Shown here piece after piece: positions 42,126 through 56,629 of a stretch of 64,000 bases of DNA (its first letter is position 1; every line of letters begins with the position of its first letter). The notes below the pieces were generated by a model that worked only from the letters and a program-made list of their open reading frames with translations, did not search any database and had not been told where the DNA came from. This stretch comes from Eledone cirrhosa (Eukaryota): NCBI GenBank assembly GCA_964016885.1, contig OZ024740.1:139438001-139502000 (forward strand). Reading direction: 5' to 3'. The position numbers and the translations under genes are program-made.

Positions 42126-42374
42126 TTTATCTAGTGTATAAAATATTTTCATATCATTCTAATACAAAGGTCTGATGACATGGTGTGTTGGCTTACAGTG
42201 TACTTTCGGTTTTTGATAATATTTGTGTATTATTCAAATAGCGAGGTATAGGTAACTCATACACTATAGAAACAATTGTTACCTAATAAATTCTATATAC
42301 CCGCATTTCCATTTCGTACATTTTTTCTCCATATATATATATATATATATCCTTATATACATGCCTTTATTTGG

Positions 42375-42405
<31 letters not shown>

Positions 42406-42430
42406 TCCTTATATACATGCCTTTATTTGG

Positions 42431-42543
<113 letters not shown>

Positions 42544-42580
42544 ATTAAATAAATGGAAACTATATTTATAAAACCATATT

Positions 42581-42646
42581 TATTTCGTTATATATATTTC
42601 AGGGAAATCATATTAACAATATGTTATGCCTTCTTCAGACAAAATA
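42581..42646 (-). ncRNA. Hammerhead ribozyme, diverged relative of 14773/29591
   Basis: TATTTTGT-CTGAAGA-AGG..CCT-GAAA-TATATA-TA-ACGAAATA. Confidence 0.8.
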
Positions 42647-42773
42647 CAATATAAACAGTCTTATAAATAAATAGATACGACATACCTTTCAATCACCTTG
42701 CATTTGGGAGGTTGATTTGCCAAATCATGGTATCAGAGCATGGTATCCGACTCTCTACCGATACTGCCAATGG

Positions 42774-42915
42774 TGAAGGCGCATGGCTTAGTGGTTAGAG
42801 CACTGGGCTTGCAATCGAAAGGTTGTGAGTTCAATTCTCGGACCCGGTGATGTGTTGTTTCCTTGAGCAAGACACTTTATTTCACGTTGCTCCAGTATAC
42901 TCAGCTGTAGAAATG
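42774..42915 (+). mobile_element. tRNA-derived SINE
   Basis: A box TGGCTTAGTGG, B box GTTCAATTC, cttgagcaagacac core. Confidence 0.8.
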
Positions 42916-42917
42916 AT

Positions 42918-44251
42918 TACCATTAACAACAAAAAACAAATCCTCCATTCCCATTATGCCAAACCCATGACTTCCAAACATCTGATCCACCGAAACTCGG
43001 CCATTTCGGACCATACCAAAATCAACATACTGATTGCGGATTTGGTACGGGTGATGAAAAATGTGTCCCGCATGTGCAACCCCGTAGAACTAGAGAGACA
43101 CATACAACACTTCATCCACCGTATGCAGTTCTCTGGCTACAATCAGAGAGATAAAATCAGAGTGTATAGAGGAGCCAGAACCAAATGGGAAAAAATGGTA
43201 AATAATGACATAAATGGGACTTGCCCCTTGTATAGGAGCAAATTTTGGAATAGAATAGAAAGAACTAGGAACAAGGCTAATAGAATAAACTCATGGTATG
43301 ATAGCAATAAATACCAGAGTGTAATGTTCATCAATACAACCCCTAGAGGTGAATTAGCTTACAAATTTAGAAGGGCCCTAAATAAACATAAACTCAATAT
43401 TAAGATAGTAGAAAGACCAGGTACCCCCGTAAAAACACTTATTAGCAAGAGATACCCTTTTCAAAGACCCTCATGTATAGATAAGAAATGTATAACCTGT
43501 AAAATAAGCCCCCATATTAACTGTAAAACTAGAAATGTAGTGTATAGCATAAGATGTACTGAAGGACAATGTAGAAACAAAAATATAGTGTACATAGGTG
43601 AGTCAGCTCGTAGTGTAGGGGAACGGATAAATGAACACTGGCGAGACCTTCAAGATAATAAAGAATCATCTGTACTCTACCAACATGCTAAGATAGAACA
43701 CAAGGGTAAATTAGAGAACATAGAAATAAAAATAGAATCTACACACAGAAAAGACGCAATGTTTAGACAAATTACAGAGGCAATAAACATAAAAGAATTA
43801 CAACCAAAATTAAATAGAAAATATGAGTGGAATAGCAACATCACAACTTACAATTAAGGACAAAATGAAAACACACACACACATAGAACAAATAACCAAC
43901 CAGTAACATGTAAATAAACAAATAAATAAATGAACATAAACACACACAGACACCCGGATGTGGCGCATGCGCAGACTGAGCACACAACACACAACACACA
44001 CACAGAAACAAAATGGCGTAGGACAGAACAAAGGAGAGGCACAGAAACAAAGAAAGGAATCCCCAGTCACTGAAGAGGTCACAGAGTGTGTGACGAAAGA
44101 ACTATGACTATATATAAACAACTATCTGGTTGTGGAACCAACCAACCAACCAGAAATTTATAAATTTATAAATTTATAAATATATAATATATTGAAGTGA
44201 AAGCAACTGGTGCGTGTGTTTCTTATTGGCAACATGACCCTCCCAAAGTAT

Positions 44252-44257
<6 letters not shown>
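42918..44257 (+). mobile_element. 5'-truncated PLE: RT thumb, Cys linker, GIY-YIG (open to 43857), 3' UTR, (TA)n
   Basis: HYAKPM, CIDKKCITC..NCKTRNVVYSIRC..YIGESARSVGERINEH, PKLNRKYEW. Confidence 0.92.
44065..44109 (+). ncRNA. Minimal hammerhead in PLE 3' end
   Basis: AGTCA-CTGAAGAG-GTCACA/TGTGAC-GAAA-GAAC-TA-TGACT. Confidence 0.82.
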
Positions 44258-44297
<40 letters not shown>

Positions 44298-44799
44298 TAA
44301 CCATTATTTTAAGTATTACCACCCTACATTAATTCATTCATTCCTCAATATGTATGTGTGGATGTGTGTGTGTGTCTGTGGAGGTGGGTGTGAGTGTACG
44401 TGCAAGCCAACCTACATAAGTCTTTTTATTTGTAAATGCTCTACTCTAACCATAATCTTTCAGTAGCACCACTCCACATAAATTCCTCAATTTAAGAATG
44501 ACCTGTAGTATCTATTTCATACTATTAACCTTAATTGAATATATATCTGACCAGCAATGCTTTTTGTGAAAATCAGTCATATGGAACTATTGTCATCTTG
44601 CCTGACGGTTTGAACTTTACAACACCACCTACCTCTTTGAGGTCAAATACCAACCCTACTAGCATCTACAAACTGACCAATGAGAATTAAGACTATTGCT
44701 GCTGACAACATTAAATTATTCCTAACAAGCTCATATGTCCCAAGGCTCTGATACCATCAACACTATACACACAGAGCTGGCATATCTAAGAACTGACTA

Positions 44800-44855
44800 A
44801 CTGCCTGATGAGGTAATAGCCATTCAATGGCAATCATCGAAATATATATAGAAGT
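44800..44855 (+). ncRNA. Hammerhead ribozyme
   Basis: ACTGC-CTGATGA-GGT..GCCATT C AATGGC..ATC-GAAA-TATATA-TA-GAAGT. Confidence 0.7.
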
Positions 44856-45399
44856 AAATAAAGGATTATGAGTTCATGCAATTGACTTATGTTTCGAGAG
44901 AGAGAGAGAGAGACATACATAAGTACATACATATATGTATATATACCTATATTTATATCTACATACATAATTGTGTAATTTAAAACATACACACAACGAA
45001 ACACACCCATACATATATTTATTTTCTAACCGATCAACCTTATATTTCAGGCCATGCAGATACAATGTCTGCGAAGACATCAAGACCAATAGAGCTCTAG
45101 CACTGGATTTTTTGTGTGAAACACTACTATAAATGTGGCTCGTACAAGCAGTTCCAGTAGCAATTTCATGCATTCTTTTGAAACAGATAAATAAGCTTTC
45201 AAAACAATATACATATACGTGTAGAATTTTAAGACCTATGGGACAGTGGAGAACCTCAATACCATGTCTGACGACCTTCCTACCCACTATTGACGACCCA
45301 GGAAGTTACTGACATGGGCTGAGTGTCTGTTGACAGAGTCTAAAACGATCGCTGCGGAAGGATTGTCAACGAAGATCTGAAGAAGTACCCCGATAGAAT

Positions 45400-45532
45400 A
45401 CAGTATAAACTTACTGTAGCTGATAACACTAAGAGAAAGGCTATGGCTGAGAAAATGCTGGAGAAGATGGAATACAAGCCATATTTTCTGAATCTGCTGT
45501 GGAATCTGATGAAGTCTAATTTCACTTAGGAA
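45400..45532 (+). pseudogene. Tc1/mariner-like transposase fragment
   Basis: KLTVADNTKRKAMAEKMLEKME..FLNLLW then frameshifted SDE..FHLG, resembling WFSDEAHFHL. Confidence 0.5.
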
Positions 45533-46030
45533 AATAAAGTGCGCCTACTTGTCACTTCCGCTTAGTAACACCTCCGCACACTAAGCCATTGTTGTTGCCT
45601 TTTCTTACAACAACCCGAGGCCGCACTTTATTTCTCGCTCTCTCTCTGCCTGTCTATCTAATCTGTTCTTTCCCCACTCAAACATCATACCAACAGAGAT
45701 ATTTATTCCTTCGTTGTACGAGTCGTCTATATTTCGTGGTAATTTTAGTTAAATCGTCGAAACCACAGGCCGTCTAAAAACTGATGAGAGTATTCCAATG
45801 TCTGTGTAATCGCCTCTCGTCCACCCTTCTTCCTTTTCTCATTTCTCCTTCTCACTTTTGCCAACACATTTCTAGCTGCTGATTTAGGAAAATCATACCC
45901 CGACGACGTCGTTGACGGCATTTTGGTGTTTTAACAGCTTCCTTGCATTGAGTTTTCTCCATTATTCTACGTATTCTAATACACTCGCACTTCTCACTTG
46001 ATATTCGAGATAATTTTGTATATATATATA

Positions 46031-46160
<130 letters not shown>

Positions 46161-46579
46161 CATGTGTGCGTGTATGTATTAGTTACTTGACGATATTTTT
46201 GGCGTGTTTTTATTGTTATTGTTTTGTTGTGTTTTCTCTGTATTTTTCTAATGGATTGATGTTCTGGAATGCAGGAAGTGGAACATGAAGGAAAAGTGGC
46301 AAAAAAAAAGAATGCGAACGTTTGGTGAGGGCGAATATGTCAGAGTCGTTAAAACAAAACAGAAAAGTCTTCTGCTAAGTGGAATTCTCTAGAGATAGAT
46401 GGCCATTAAAAGAGTCACCGTTTCAGTTTGAATTCTTCTTATGGCATTATGTGTGTGTGTGTGTGTGTGTGTGTGTACGCGAATTTGTATATGTCTGTGT
46501 GTACAAAATGTATGAAATCACACACACGTGCAACTTGGAGTGAGTTTAAATATGTTATATAATATTGCATCATATATAC

Positions 46580-46625
<46 letters not shown>

Positions 46626-46718
46626 TATATGTATGTATATATATATATGTATGTATATATATATTTGTGTATATATATATATATACACAAATATATATAT
46701 ACATACATATATATACAC

Positions 46719-46789
<71 letters not shown>

Positions 46790-46793
46790 CATT

Positions 46794-46845
<52 letters not shown>

Positions 46846-47385
46846 TCAGATTATGAGAGTAATAAGGAATTTAGAATTTATTAATTAGATACACATGCAT
46901 ATATCTATACATATATCTATACATATATCTATACATATATATACACATATATATATATCTATACATATATCTATACATATATCAGTACATATATCTATAA
47001 TTAGCAGGATACCCGGCATTTCTTGAGTTGAAAAATGGATATAAATGTGCCAGAATTGTTCTTAATGAAAGCATATTTTGGGCTTAATAGAGCACTGTTG
47101 GATTTCACTTCAAAGCTTATCTTTTATGTGAGAAATTAATATTTTTTTCAAGAACGTTTATAGCAGACCGATGTATAATGCAGTGTGAAACATATAGCAT
47201 GTGAAGGGGTGAGGGGGGGGGGTGAAGAATGGCGGTAAGGATAAGAGTAGTTAAACACATTGATGAAGCACTGTGGTGGCAGCGACGAAGTAAGCGATTG
47301 CTATAGACAAAGGAAGTAGGCGGAGAATGAGTGTGAGAAGAGAAGTAAGAGATGCGTAAAGCATTACGAAAGGAAAATATGGGAA

Positions 47386-47469
<84 letters not shown>

Positions 47470-50400
47470 CACATACACATACACAAGCTTTTACATATAA
47501 ATATATATATATAATCTATAATATTAATATTCTTATATACTTATATTACGTGAATAGAAGAAGAATCAGAGAGAGAAAGAGAGAGAGGAGATAGAGAGAG
47601 TGGAGTGTTTATCGGAGGGAAAGGACTGACAATAAGAGGGAACTTTAAACAACACATACACAGACTCACTCACTCACACATCTAGTATACTGATTACTGC
47701 AGTTGCTGTTAAAGTAGTGGCGTTGCCGGAAGGGATATTAATTAGTGGAGATAACAGTGATAACTGACGCTGTGTAAGTAGGTTTTTACGTGTATTAAGT
47801 ATGTCTTTATGTGACAAATTAAAGTTAACACGATAGAATTATTACATAATAATAGCAAATTGAAAGAAACGAAAAAGTATCTTTCATTATAAAACATATT
47901 TTCTAAAGAATACTAGATTGTCTTAGCGCCGTGAAATTAGTAGGTATAATTGCGATACAATCTTCGTATGTAACGGTTTGAACAAACGCTATCTTAAATA
48001 TGGAACAAAATCGAAGACTAACGATATACACTTTTTTTTTATATGAAACAACGTATACAAATCTATTAAAAAGTTACCATTGTAGTCATAATATAGCAGA
48101 ATAATATATTCTTATAGATAGTTGTTGTCTTCGATTTCGTTCCATACTTGGGACTATTTAAAGCGTTTGTTATATAGTCTATTCTTCCAACATACAGATA
48201 TCTGTCTCTTTCGTTCTATATACTTAAAACTGTAAAAAATAAAAATGATACCTTCATTGTGGAAGTAAAGCGATGGCATAAACTATTATCGATACAAAAT
48301 TTGTAGTGTTTATATTATGAGTAATTTTTCCGGCTCTGTACGTTCTAAGTTCAAATCCCACCAAAGTCAACTTTGCCTTTCATTGTTCTGTGGTCGATAA
48401 AATAAGATATCATTCAATTACTGGAGCCGATTTAATAGTCTCGCCACCACAAGCTGCTATCATTGTGCCTAAATTAGAAACTATTAATAGTAAGTCAAGT
48501 AACTGATAAATATTTTAAATTAAAACATGCACTTTTCGCTGATATGAAAATAGCATAGGGACACCGTCGTGACATATCTCTGGCAGTTAAAACCTAATGG
48601 AACCTATACCACTTCATTTATGTTCACACCCAGTTTCTTTCTGAGGAGGAGGGAGAGAAGTTAAGATAGAGATAGTATCTACCCCAGTACTGAACTGGCA
48701 TATAATTTATCAACCTCGAAAGGAGGAAAGGGTACGTTGACCATGGTGGGATTTGAACTCAAAGCACAGCGAGCCGAAGCAAATACTAGAAAACTATTTG
48801 ACTTTCTAATGAAGCTACCCATTTTCCGCCTTATGAATCTTGTTAAAGCGTTACCGATGAAGTCGTATAGAAGCAGAATGTTATTGATATGTTAACACTC
48901 AATATTAAAGGATTTTACTAGAAGTTTCATTATCATCGTATTTTTACTATGAGCCACATTTGACTGGAACCACAGTCGGTTTCGGCGATTTGTGTTCCAG
49001 TTGTTCGAGCAAAGGAACAACCTGGTCGTGAACTTACGTGTCGGTGGCAAAGCATTCTACAGACTCGTGTTTTTTTAATGCAATTCTTAGGGGGATACAA
49101 CATAACACAGTGCAGTCCATTCGATGGGCTTCCAAACAGTTTCCTTCTATCCAATTTCACTCACAAAACCTGGGTCGCCTCGAGATTACGGTATATGTCA
49201 CTTGCCCAGGATGCCTCTTAGTGGGATCGAACACGGGCTTAATGATTGCGTAACGAACTTTATAACCATTTAGCCATACTGCGTCCCCAGACTTCAGTTG
49301 ATTGTAATCACAAAGTAATGAAATTCAGAGCTAAACAACACTTGAGCACTGCTTTGTGGATTAAGATGTCAATATGAATTCAGGTTTGAGCACAAATCAA
49401 TGTTTTATACGGACAGATAATAGTTGATTGAACAGGTTACAGGTAATGCTGGTCCCTACCTATTTTTAATTAAAAATATAAAAAAAGACCCGATCGTCAT
49501 ATCGGACCAAAGAAACAATGTTTCCATTTGTATTGTCATTGCTAATACTATCTGCCGATCGAAACTCTTGAAGAAGGAGTGAAATATAACATTTTGCTTA
49601 AGAACAAAAAACGCCGCCCTGCCCACGAATCGAAATCTGCACATCATCAACGTGCATTCAATACCCTAACTATTAGACAATGCATCTTCATTAAATGCAA
49701 AGAATGGATAATTACATTCGATTCCCTCGAGAATTAAAGTCGGCACCGAGAAGATCAGAAACAAACCAACCTAAAGTCACTCTACTTGCAAGGAAAAGTT
49801 ACCAAACCTCCTTTAAAGAACGTCATGCAGTCTTTAAAAAGTGTACATACTGGACACTGTAGTTAGTTAAATCTATAATATGCCTGAAAACAAAACTCGC
49901 TAGAATACATTGATGATAAGTCTGTCCGTTCAGGAATACTTTGACCCAGACTAAACAGCAGCAGCAATAATGACGATTACAACAGCACAATTGAATAATT
50001 CAATGCATGTTGTCTGGCGCTGTGTTGTCTCAGCTATTTCAGTGCCAAAAGTATTAAATAAGAAAACAAAACAAGAAAAAATATTTGTTTATAACATTAT
50101 CCGATAACATTTCCATAGCGTTATCAATTCTTTACTGCCTGATAAATTCATACATGTGTTTCCGTCAGATAAGGCAAAAGAAAAAAAAAGAAACCCCAGA
50201 AACAAATAAACAAAAACACATAACTAATGATGTATGTTTATTTTCTTTGTTTATGCTGCTTCTTCATAATGGCTCATTGTACGAGGTGAAATTTAGGATT
50301 ATCAAATGAAAAAGCTAACGTTAGGAAAATGGACAATTGGTGATAAGAAGTTGCAAAATGATGATAATAGAAGCCGTAGTTTAATAGAACATATGTACAG

Positions 50401-51094
50401 GTTAACTTTTGATCTTTGTTGTACGAAAGGGCATTAGATGATTGCATGTTTGATGACTACTACACCACCTCAGGGCATTTACGTGGTCGCTAGACATCCT
50501 CGAAGTAATAGCCGAATTCTTCTTCAAATAGAACCTGGTTAGAACCAACAGCGATGTGATAATATTATATATGTGTGTGTTGGCACTCCGACGGTTTCGA
50601 CTACGAGCATTTCAGTTGTTAGACAGTATGCTTGTACAACCACAGACACGTGTTCCCTGGACGTAGTTCTCAAGTAGATTCAGTGTTATACAGTGTGTAA
50701 CAAGGTTGTCTCTTTGCATTACAAGTACAACCCACCTTTGCCAGCTTAGCAGACTAGAGCAGCGTGAAATAAAGTGTCTTACTTAAGGACTGGACATACC
50801 GGGAGTCGATTACCGTAAGCGATAAGCTACGTATCTTCACTGCCATACATACGTCCTAATATAATACGATAGAAAGAATGCAACTGGCGTATATATATAA
50901 TATATGATGTTCCAGTGTCGTACTAATAAATTGTTGTATTTTACAACAGGTACTGAGAATTATTTCTCTTGTTCCTGAACCAAAAACCCCTTATGAACGG
51001 AGTTCCTTTACCCAGGAGGTGGTGAAAAGAAATATAGATGTTGCTTGTTTGTACAACGTATTTTGTGTTTTCCATGTACTACATGGAAAAGAAA

Positions 51095-51149
<55 letters not shown>

Positions 51150-51942
51150 GTATGTTGGATCTAGCTATGTAATCAATGGAACAGCCTACTCGTGAAATTA
51201 ACGTATAAGTATCTTATCATTCCAGTGACTCGTGTAACCTTTTCGTAGTAATCATATGAATGTATGCATAAGAGATTCATAATGTATATACATAGGGGAG
51301 ATTCAGCGTGACAACATGTGTGACCACATTGTCCCTTTCAATTACATGCACAACTCCTTTTTGCCAGCTGAGTAGAAGTCTTGCTCAAGGGCACAACCCG
51401 CCTCCGAGAATCAAACTCAGGACTTTACGATCGTGAATCGAAACCTCTAACCATTAACACACACCATCACACATACATACATTAATGGAACAGTAAAAAT
51501 ATGTAAAACATTCCAAAGATTCTGCATCTAATAACTGCATATACACTTGTACAGATATAAAGCATATGCACATGCACCCATACAACTCACAACATCTACA
51601 TCCACATATACAATATCATCTATACCTGCACCCAAATGCATGCATGCAGACATATCTACCTAGTTGATGTTGTGTAAATTCCAATGAGAGAGAAACCGAC
51701 TCTCTCTCTATTGGCAAATTATTGTAAAATTATAAAACCAGTACATACATACATGGGCGAAGATTTCCTAACTTGTTCTCCATTATATCTATGATAACAG
51801 CTTTGTTTATCAACAGTTGAAGGATAGCTAAACGTAGCTCCCTAAAAAGGGAATACCGTTCACTTTCCTGAGCAAAAATATTCCAAACGTCACGCCTGCT
51901 TGGTATCTTTTGTTTCCTAAGTTAGCATTCTTATCAAAGAAT

Positions 51943-51973
<31 letters not shown>

Positions 51974-52124
51974 TAAAGAGTTAAACAAGATTCAATGAGT
52001 ATATCAGTATATCAAAGAATGAGTTTTACAGTAGATTGGAAGCACTCTACGGAAAATAATTTTCCAGGGTTATTAATATTAAAATACAAATATTAATAAA
52101 ATAGATATTCTTTTGATCAATTAC

Positions 52125-52177
52125 ATTTTATTATACATATTTCGGATGTACAACAGTACGTCCTCATCAGACAAAAT
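52125..52177 (-). ncRNA. Hammerhead ribozyme in AT-rich PLE-type 3' region (approx. 51970-53100)
   Basis: ATTTTGT-CTGATGA-GGACGTAC TGTT GTACATCC-GAAA-TATGTA-TA-ATAAAAT. Confidence 0.82.
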
Positions 52178-53104
52178 ATAATGATACATGACATACCCTG
52201 AGATGTTAAATGGTTCAGATTTAATCAACGTAGTGATTAACCTAAGAGAAAATTTAACATTTATACCCTAATAATGAGAAAATGCGAAAACGTAATAAAT
52301 TCAATAGAGAATGTATGAGTAAGAAAAACGTTGGTTAATGTGGCGGCTATAGAGATTTTGATACTACAATTTATGTTTGTCTAGGAAAAGATCTCATGAA
52401 TTATAACAGTCAATGAGAGCCACTGAAATAAGATTTATAGAGAGGGAAAGATAAGGGGAGTAATATATGCAGAAGGAGATTTTTTTCCGAAAGTTAAACG
52501 GTTAAGTTTGAAAATATTTAATTTATACTATTTTAGGGTGAAGAATCAAGATTTTAGGTTTTTTTAAAAATTGCTGGTTATTTATATTTATTAGATTTGT
52601 ATATTCTATAAGTGTGTTAACATTTCTAAACTTCTGAATTTTATGAGGATAACATTTAAAGCATTTAGCTGGTCAGCGAAAAGGAAAGTTTACACTGTTG
52701 AATATTTTCCTAAATGTAAACTTTAACGAAGATAATCAATGTCAACATATTCGGTATGTAAAGCTTATGAAGTACTTATTGTTAGAAATATTTAAATAAC
52801 GATTATGTATATAGATATATATTAATGAGCCAGTATATTTTAGGTAAATGATAACGAAAATAAAAATAAAATAATAGATTGAGGCATGCTAAAGTTAAAT
52901 ATATACCTATATATAACAGGGTGTAAATGCATTAATTATTCATAGTTCAAAATAAATTATAATCAAGAAATTTAGAAGTTAACTAAATATTATGTATAGA
53001 AAGATACAGGGAGGTATATATGGATATATATTAGGTATTAGTGATACAGTATACTTTAGGTAAATGATAACGGTTATAATTTTATATAATAAAGTTCGAC
53101 GTGT

Positions 53105-54059
53105 TACAGTTAAATACATATATATATATACTATATTATGTTTTGAGAATAAACTCTCAGTCATTTACTCCATCAAGCTCCATGAAAAGGGGCATTTCCG
53201 AGCAGTTAAATACATTAAAATATATGATAAACACAAAACGTGTTTGCATTGCAACAGACAAAGTTAGCTATTAATGAAATAAACTAATTAAAGTGAATAC
53301 AATTTGTCTGTCTCGATATAAGTCAATAAAGACAAGCTTATATTGGCAACGGCCATGATTCCTGGACAGATTTAAATTTCAAAATCCAAACCTGTTCCGC
53401 AGACGAATTTGAACCTCGAAACCTAAATCCGTTTCGCAACGGTGGTATGTGAATTGAAAAATAAAGAGAATCGAAATGGAATTGAAATAAAAAGTGAAAT
53501 ATCCAAATCTTCTGTGCTTATCAACAGGAATCCAGTAAAATTAGTACATCTAACATCAAAAATTTTGCAGGTCTGACTACACGTGTGTAGACAGGCCAAA
53601 CTAGCCGTCCCGCATTCACGGTGCTAGAAATAACAGCCGTTTATGCGGGATTAAAGATCAGCTCTACAGTTAAGGAGCAACATACTATATTATATTTTGA
53701 GAATAAACTCTCAGTCGTTTACAATAATCAAGTTCCAAGAAAAGGGGCATTTCCGAGCAGTTAAATACATTAAAATATATGATAAACACAAAACGTGTTT
53801 GCATTGTAACAGACAAAGTTAGCTATTAATGAAATAAACTAATTAAAGTGAATACAATTTGTCTGTCTCGATATAAGTCAATAAAGACAAGCTTATATTG
53901 GCAACGGCCATGATTCCTGGACAGATTTAAATTTCAAAATCCAAACCTGTTCCGCAGACGAATTTGAACCTCGAAACCTAAATCCGTTTCGCAACGGTGG
54001 TATGTGAATTGAAAAATAAAGAGAATCGAAATGGAATTGAAATAAAAAGTGAAATATCC
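53105..54059 (-). mobile_element. 1.7-mer of a ~555-bp non-coding unit, distant relative of the 9370 element
   Basis: 53131-53503 repeated at 53685-54059; shared tttaaatttcaaa..aaacctgttc and gctagaaataacag. Confidence 0.8.
53422..53528 (-). ncRNA. Variant hammerhead (U3-A8, TTGATAA) with long stem II insert
   Basis: CCTG-TTGATAA-GC..GC-GAAA-CGGA-TT-TAGG at the homologous position to the 9682 HHR. Confidence 0.55.
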
Positions 54060-54989
54060 GATGGGATATCAGTAGTAGCAGTGTCAGTGGGCTGATTGCA
54101 GAAATCCTGTATGCGAAAGGAGTAAGTAAGTGTTTTGGGGCGATGTATGTCGTAAGTCTGTTCACGAATTACGTCACGGAAGGGGAACACACCTTAGTCT
54201 GAAGGAGCGACGAGGTCAATTGTGTGAAAACCAAGTAGGGATGTACGTTTAAGTAGGGATATTGAGATATTTAAGTAGGGATATTGAGATATTTGAGTAG
54301 GGATATTGAGATATTGTGTGAAAACCAAGTAGGGATGTACGTTTAAGTAGGGATATTGAGATGACGAAATCAGCGTGGCAACGCAGCTGCAGCAGAAGGG
54401 GTTCATAGTGCAATTAACACAAACGCTGGGCGGCACTGGTTGCACTGAGTTTACACAGCAACAAAGGTGCGACAAAAGGGGACACCGCGGAATTAGCACA
54501 ATCGCTGTTCGGCGTACTTGCGTAGGGCGTTCATACTGCGGTGTAGGTGCAACAAAAGGGGTCTTAGAAGAAGTAGCACGGACGTGAGCTTTACGGTGTC
54601 AATAACACGGCAACGTACACAGGGCCCTGATTTGCATGTGATGAAAGCACGAAGCATCAACAGGGCGCCGCCAAAAGTTTTAAGGTCCTCCTCATTTCCT
54701 CAATCCCCCGAAAATGGTCCTGCTTAAAAGTAAGTAAGTGTTGTGTCCTCTGTTAAATAAACCAAATTTTTAACGAAATATTATACGCTACTTACGATGT
54801 TTAAGTAGCGTTTATATTGAAAATGAAAATGGCATCTAATGCCCAATGTTAATTCGTAAATTTCCTAGAAACCATTAATGGAATCGGAAATTGTTCACAG
54901 CAATGCGAGGGAACTAACTAATGTGTGCTGCAAATTTCGAGGAAATCAGCTGGATTATCTTTCAGTTACGCCTCAAAAAAGCCTAAAAA

Positions 54990-55125
54990 TGCCTTTAAAA
55001 TGCGGTTTTTCGCCTAATGCTGGCGCTAGGGCAGAAAAAGTTAAAATTGTTTTAGCCCAAAAAATCGGTCGGGTACTTCTCGAGTTTTAGAGATTTTCAC
55101 AGACAGACAGACAAGCATCTTATAT
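54990..55125 (+). mobile_element. Possible non-autonomous Helitron/Helentron (HINE/DINE-like) end
   Basis: aaatcggtc..ttctcgagtt..(ACAG)n..cttatatata. Confidence 0.4.
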
Positions 55126-55134
55126 ATATATATA

Positions 55135-55565
55135 TAAGTATGTATACGTACATACATATATGAATACAGACGTACAGTAGTATGTATATATATACATACA
55201 TGCACACACATATATATATGTACGTATGGATTCACCGAACATTTATTATAATGGTCGGTTTGTTTGTAAACAAACATCCCGAATTAAGCCGTACAGTCTT
55301 TAGCGACCATCGTTGCCCTTTTGTTCAACACTGACAAAGGAACGATGTACTAGGTTCAAGCTTATTAGCTATCGTCAGCACCGTATAGCTTCCTGCCAGA
55401 TGATTGAACGTCTGAAAGTATATACTTTCCTTATGTATATTAACGGCTGAGCAGCCTAATTTGCATATCGAGTGAGTTAATCGGCCGGGTGCACCGAAAA
55501 CGATAAATGGAAAAAATGAAACGAAATTTCATTTCTCACTCTTAGTACGGCTGTTACTTAAATAT
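55135..55565 (-). mobile_element. Full monomer of the 420-bp family; HHR 55342-55384 with GAAA>GAAC
   Basis: Colinear with 5590-6010. Confidence 0.8.
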
Positions 55566-55580
55566 AAAACTCAGATTAAC

Positions 55581-55666
<86 letters not shown>

Positions 55667-55878
55667 GATAAATCTCCCAAGAGTTTACGGTAGTGTCCAA
55701 TCCGTATGAAGAACTCAATGTAATCCGGATATCATGGAAAGAAGAGATGCATTCAAAAATCACTTTCGGTGAAAGATAAACGGAATACAGAGTCAAGATA
55801 AAATATTAAAAAAATAATGAATAAAACAATGAAACAGTTCCTTATATTAAACAAAAAAAGTTCATTATTTAACGATCG

Positions 55879-56023
55879 TTATTTCTGAAGACGGCATATA
55901 TATGTGTTGGTATGTATATTAAATTTGATAGTTTGTATAATTTTGTATAATTTTGTACATAGATCTGTTAAATATGCATGCCAATTCTAACACATATATG
56001 TCCTAGAAACGATCGTTAAATAA
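55879..56023 (+). ncRNA. Hammerhead-like motif with ~114-nt stem II, in fold-back element approx. 55799-56092
   Basis: TTATTT-CTGAAGA-(GGCATATAT..ATATATGTC)-GAAA-CGATCG-TT-AAATAA. Confidence 0.65.
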
Positions 56024-56305
56024 TGAACTTGTTTTGTTTAATATAAGGAACTGTTTCATTGTTTTATTCATTATTTTTTTTATATTTTATATATATATAT
56101 ATAAATGTAATCTGAGTTTTTCGAATATTAATAATAACATTCGATTCGTTTGCAATTTTGCAAACAAGCCTCAATTTTATAGCCATGTCAGTAGAATGAA
56201 CACTTCATTCTTACTCTTGTGTTAGCATATATATATATATATATATATATATGTAGATAAATCTACCAAGAGTTTACGGTAGTGTCCAATCCGTATGATG
56301 TATTT

Positions 56306-56380
<75 letters not shown>

Positions 56381-56550
56381 ATTTATTAAAATAACAGATT
56401 AAAGTTTAAGCAAAGAATCGCTGCTTTCACCCTTAACGGGATCTTCTGTTATTTTAATAAATATTTGCTCTGCGGTTCTTATATATTTGATATATATTTA
56501 TCCTTATCGAGCCCTCTTTGGATTTTAGTCTTCAAATTTATTATTATTAC

Positions 56551-56619
<69 letters not shown>

Positions 56620-56629
<10 letters not shown>

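Noticed and set aside
42774-42845. tRNA-like sequence
   Set aside because: SINE head with A/B boxes continuing into the SINE body; no proper cloverleaf
45268-45315. CTGACGA followed by a CTTCCT/AGGAAG stem
   Set aside because: GAAA and cleavage triplet absent
45781-45800. CTGATGA hammerhead-like core
   Set aside because: No matching stem II, GAAA or stem III downstream
54220-54362. Short spaced direct repeats (agtagggatattgagat)
   Set aside because: Local tandem duplication in eukaryotic DNA, not CRISPR: no unique spacers or cas genes
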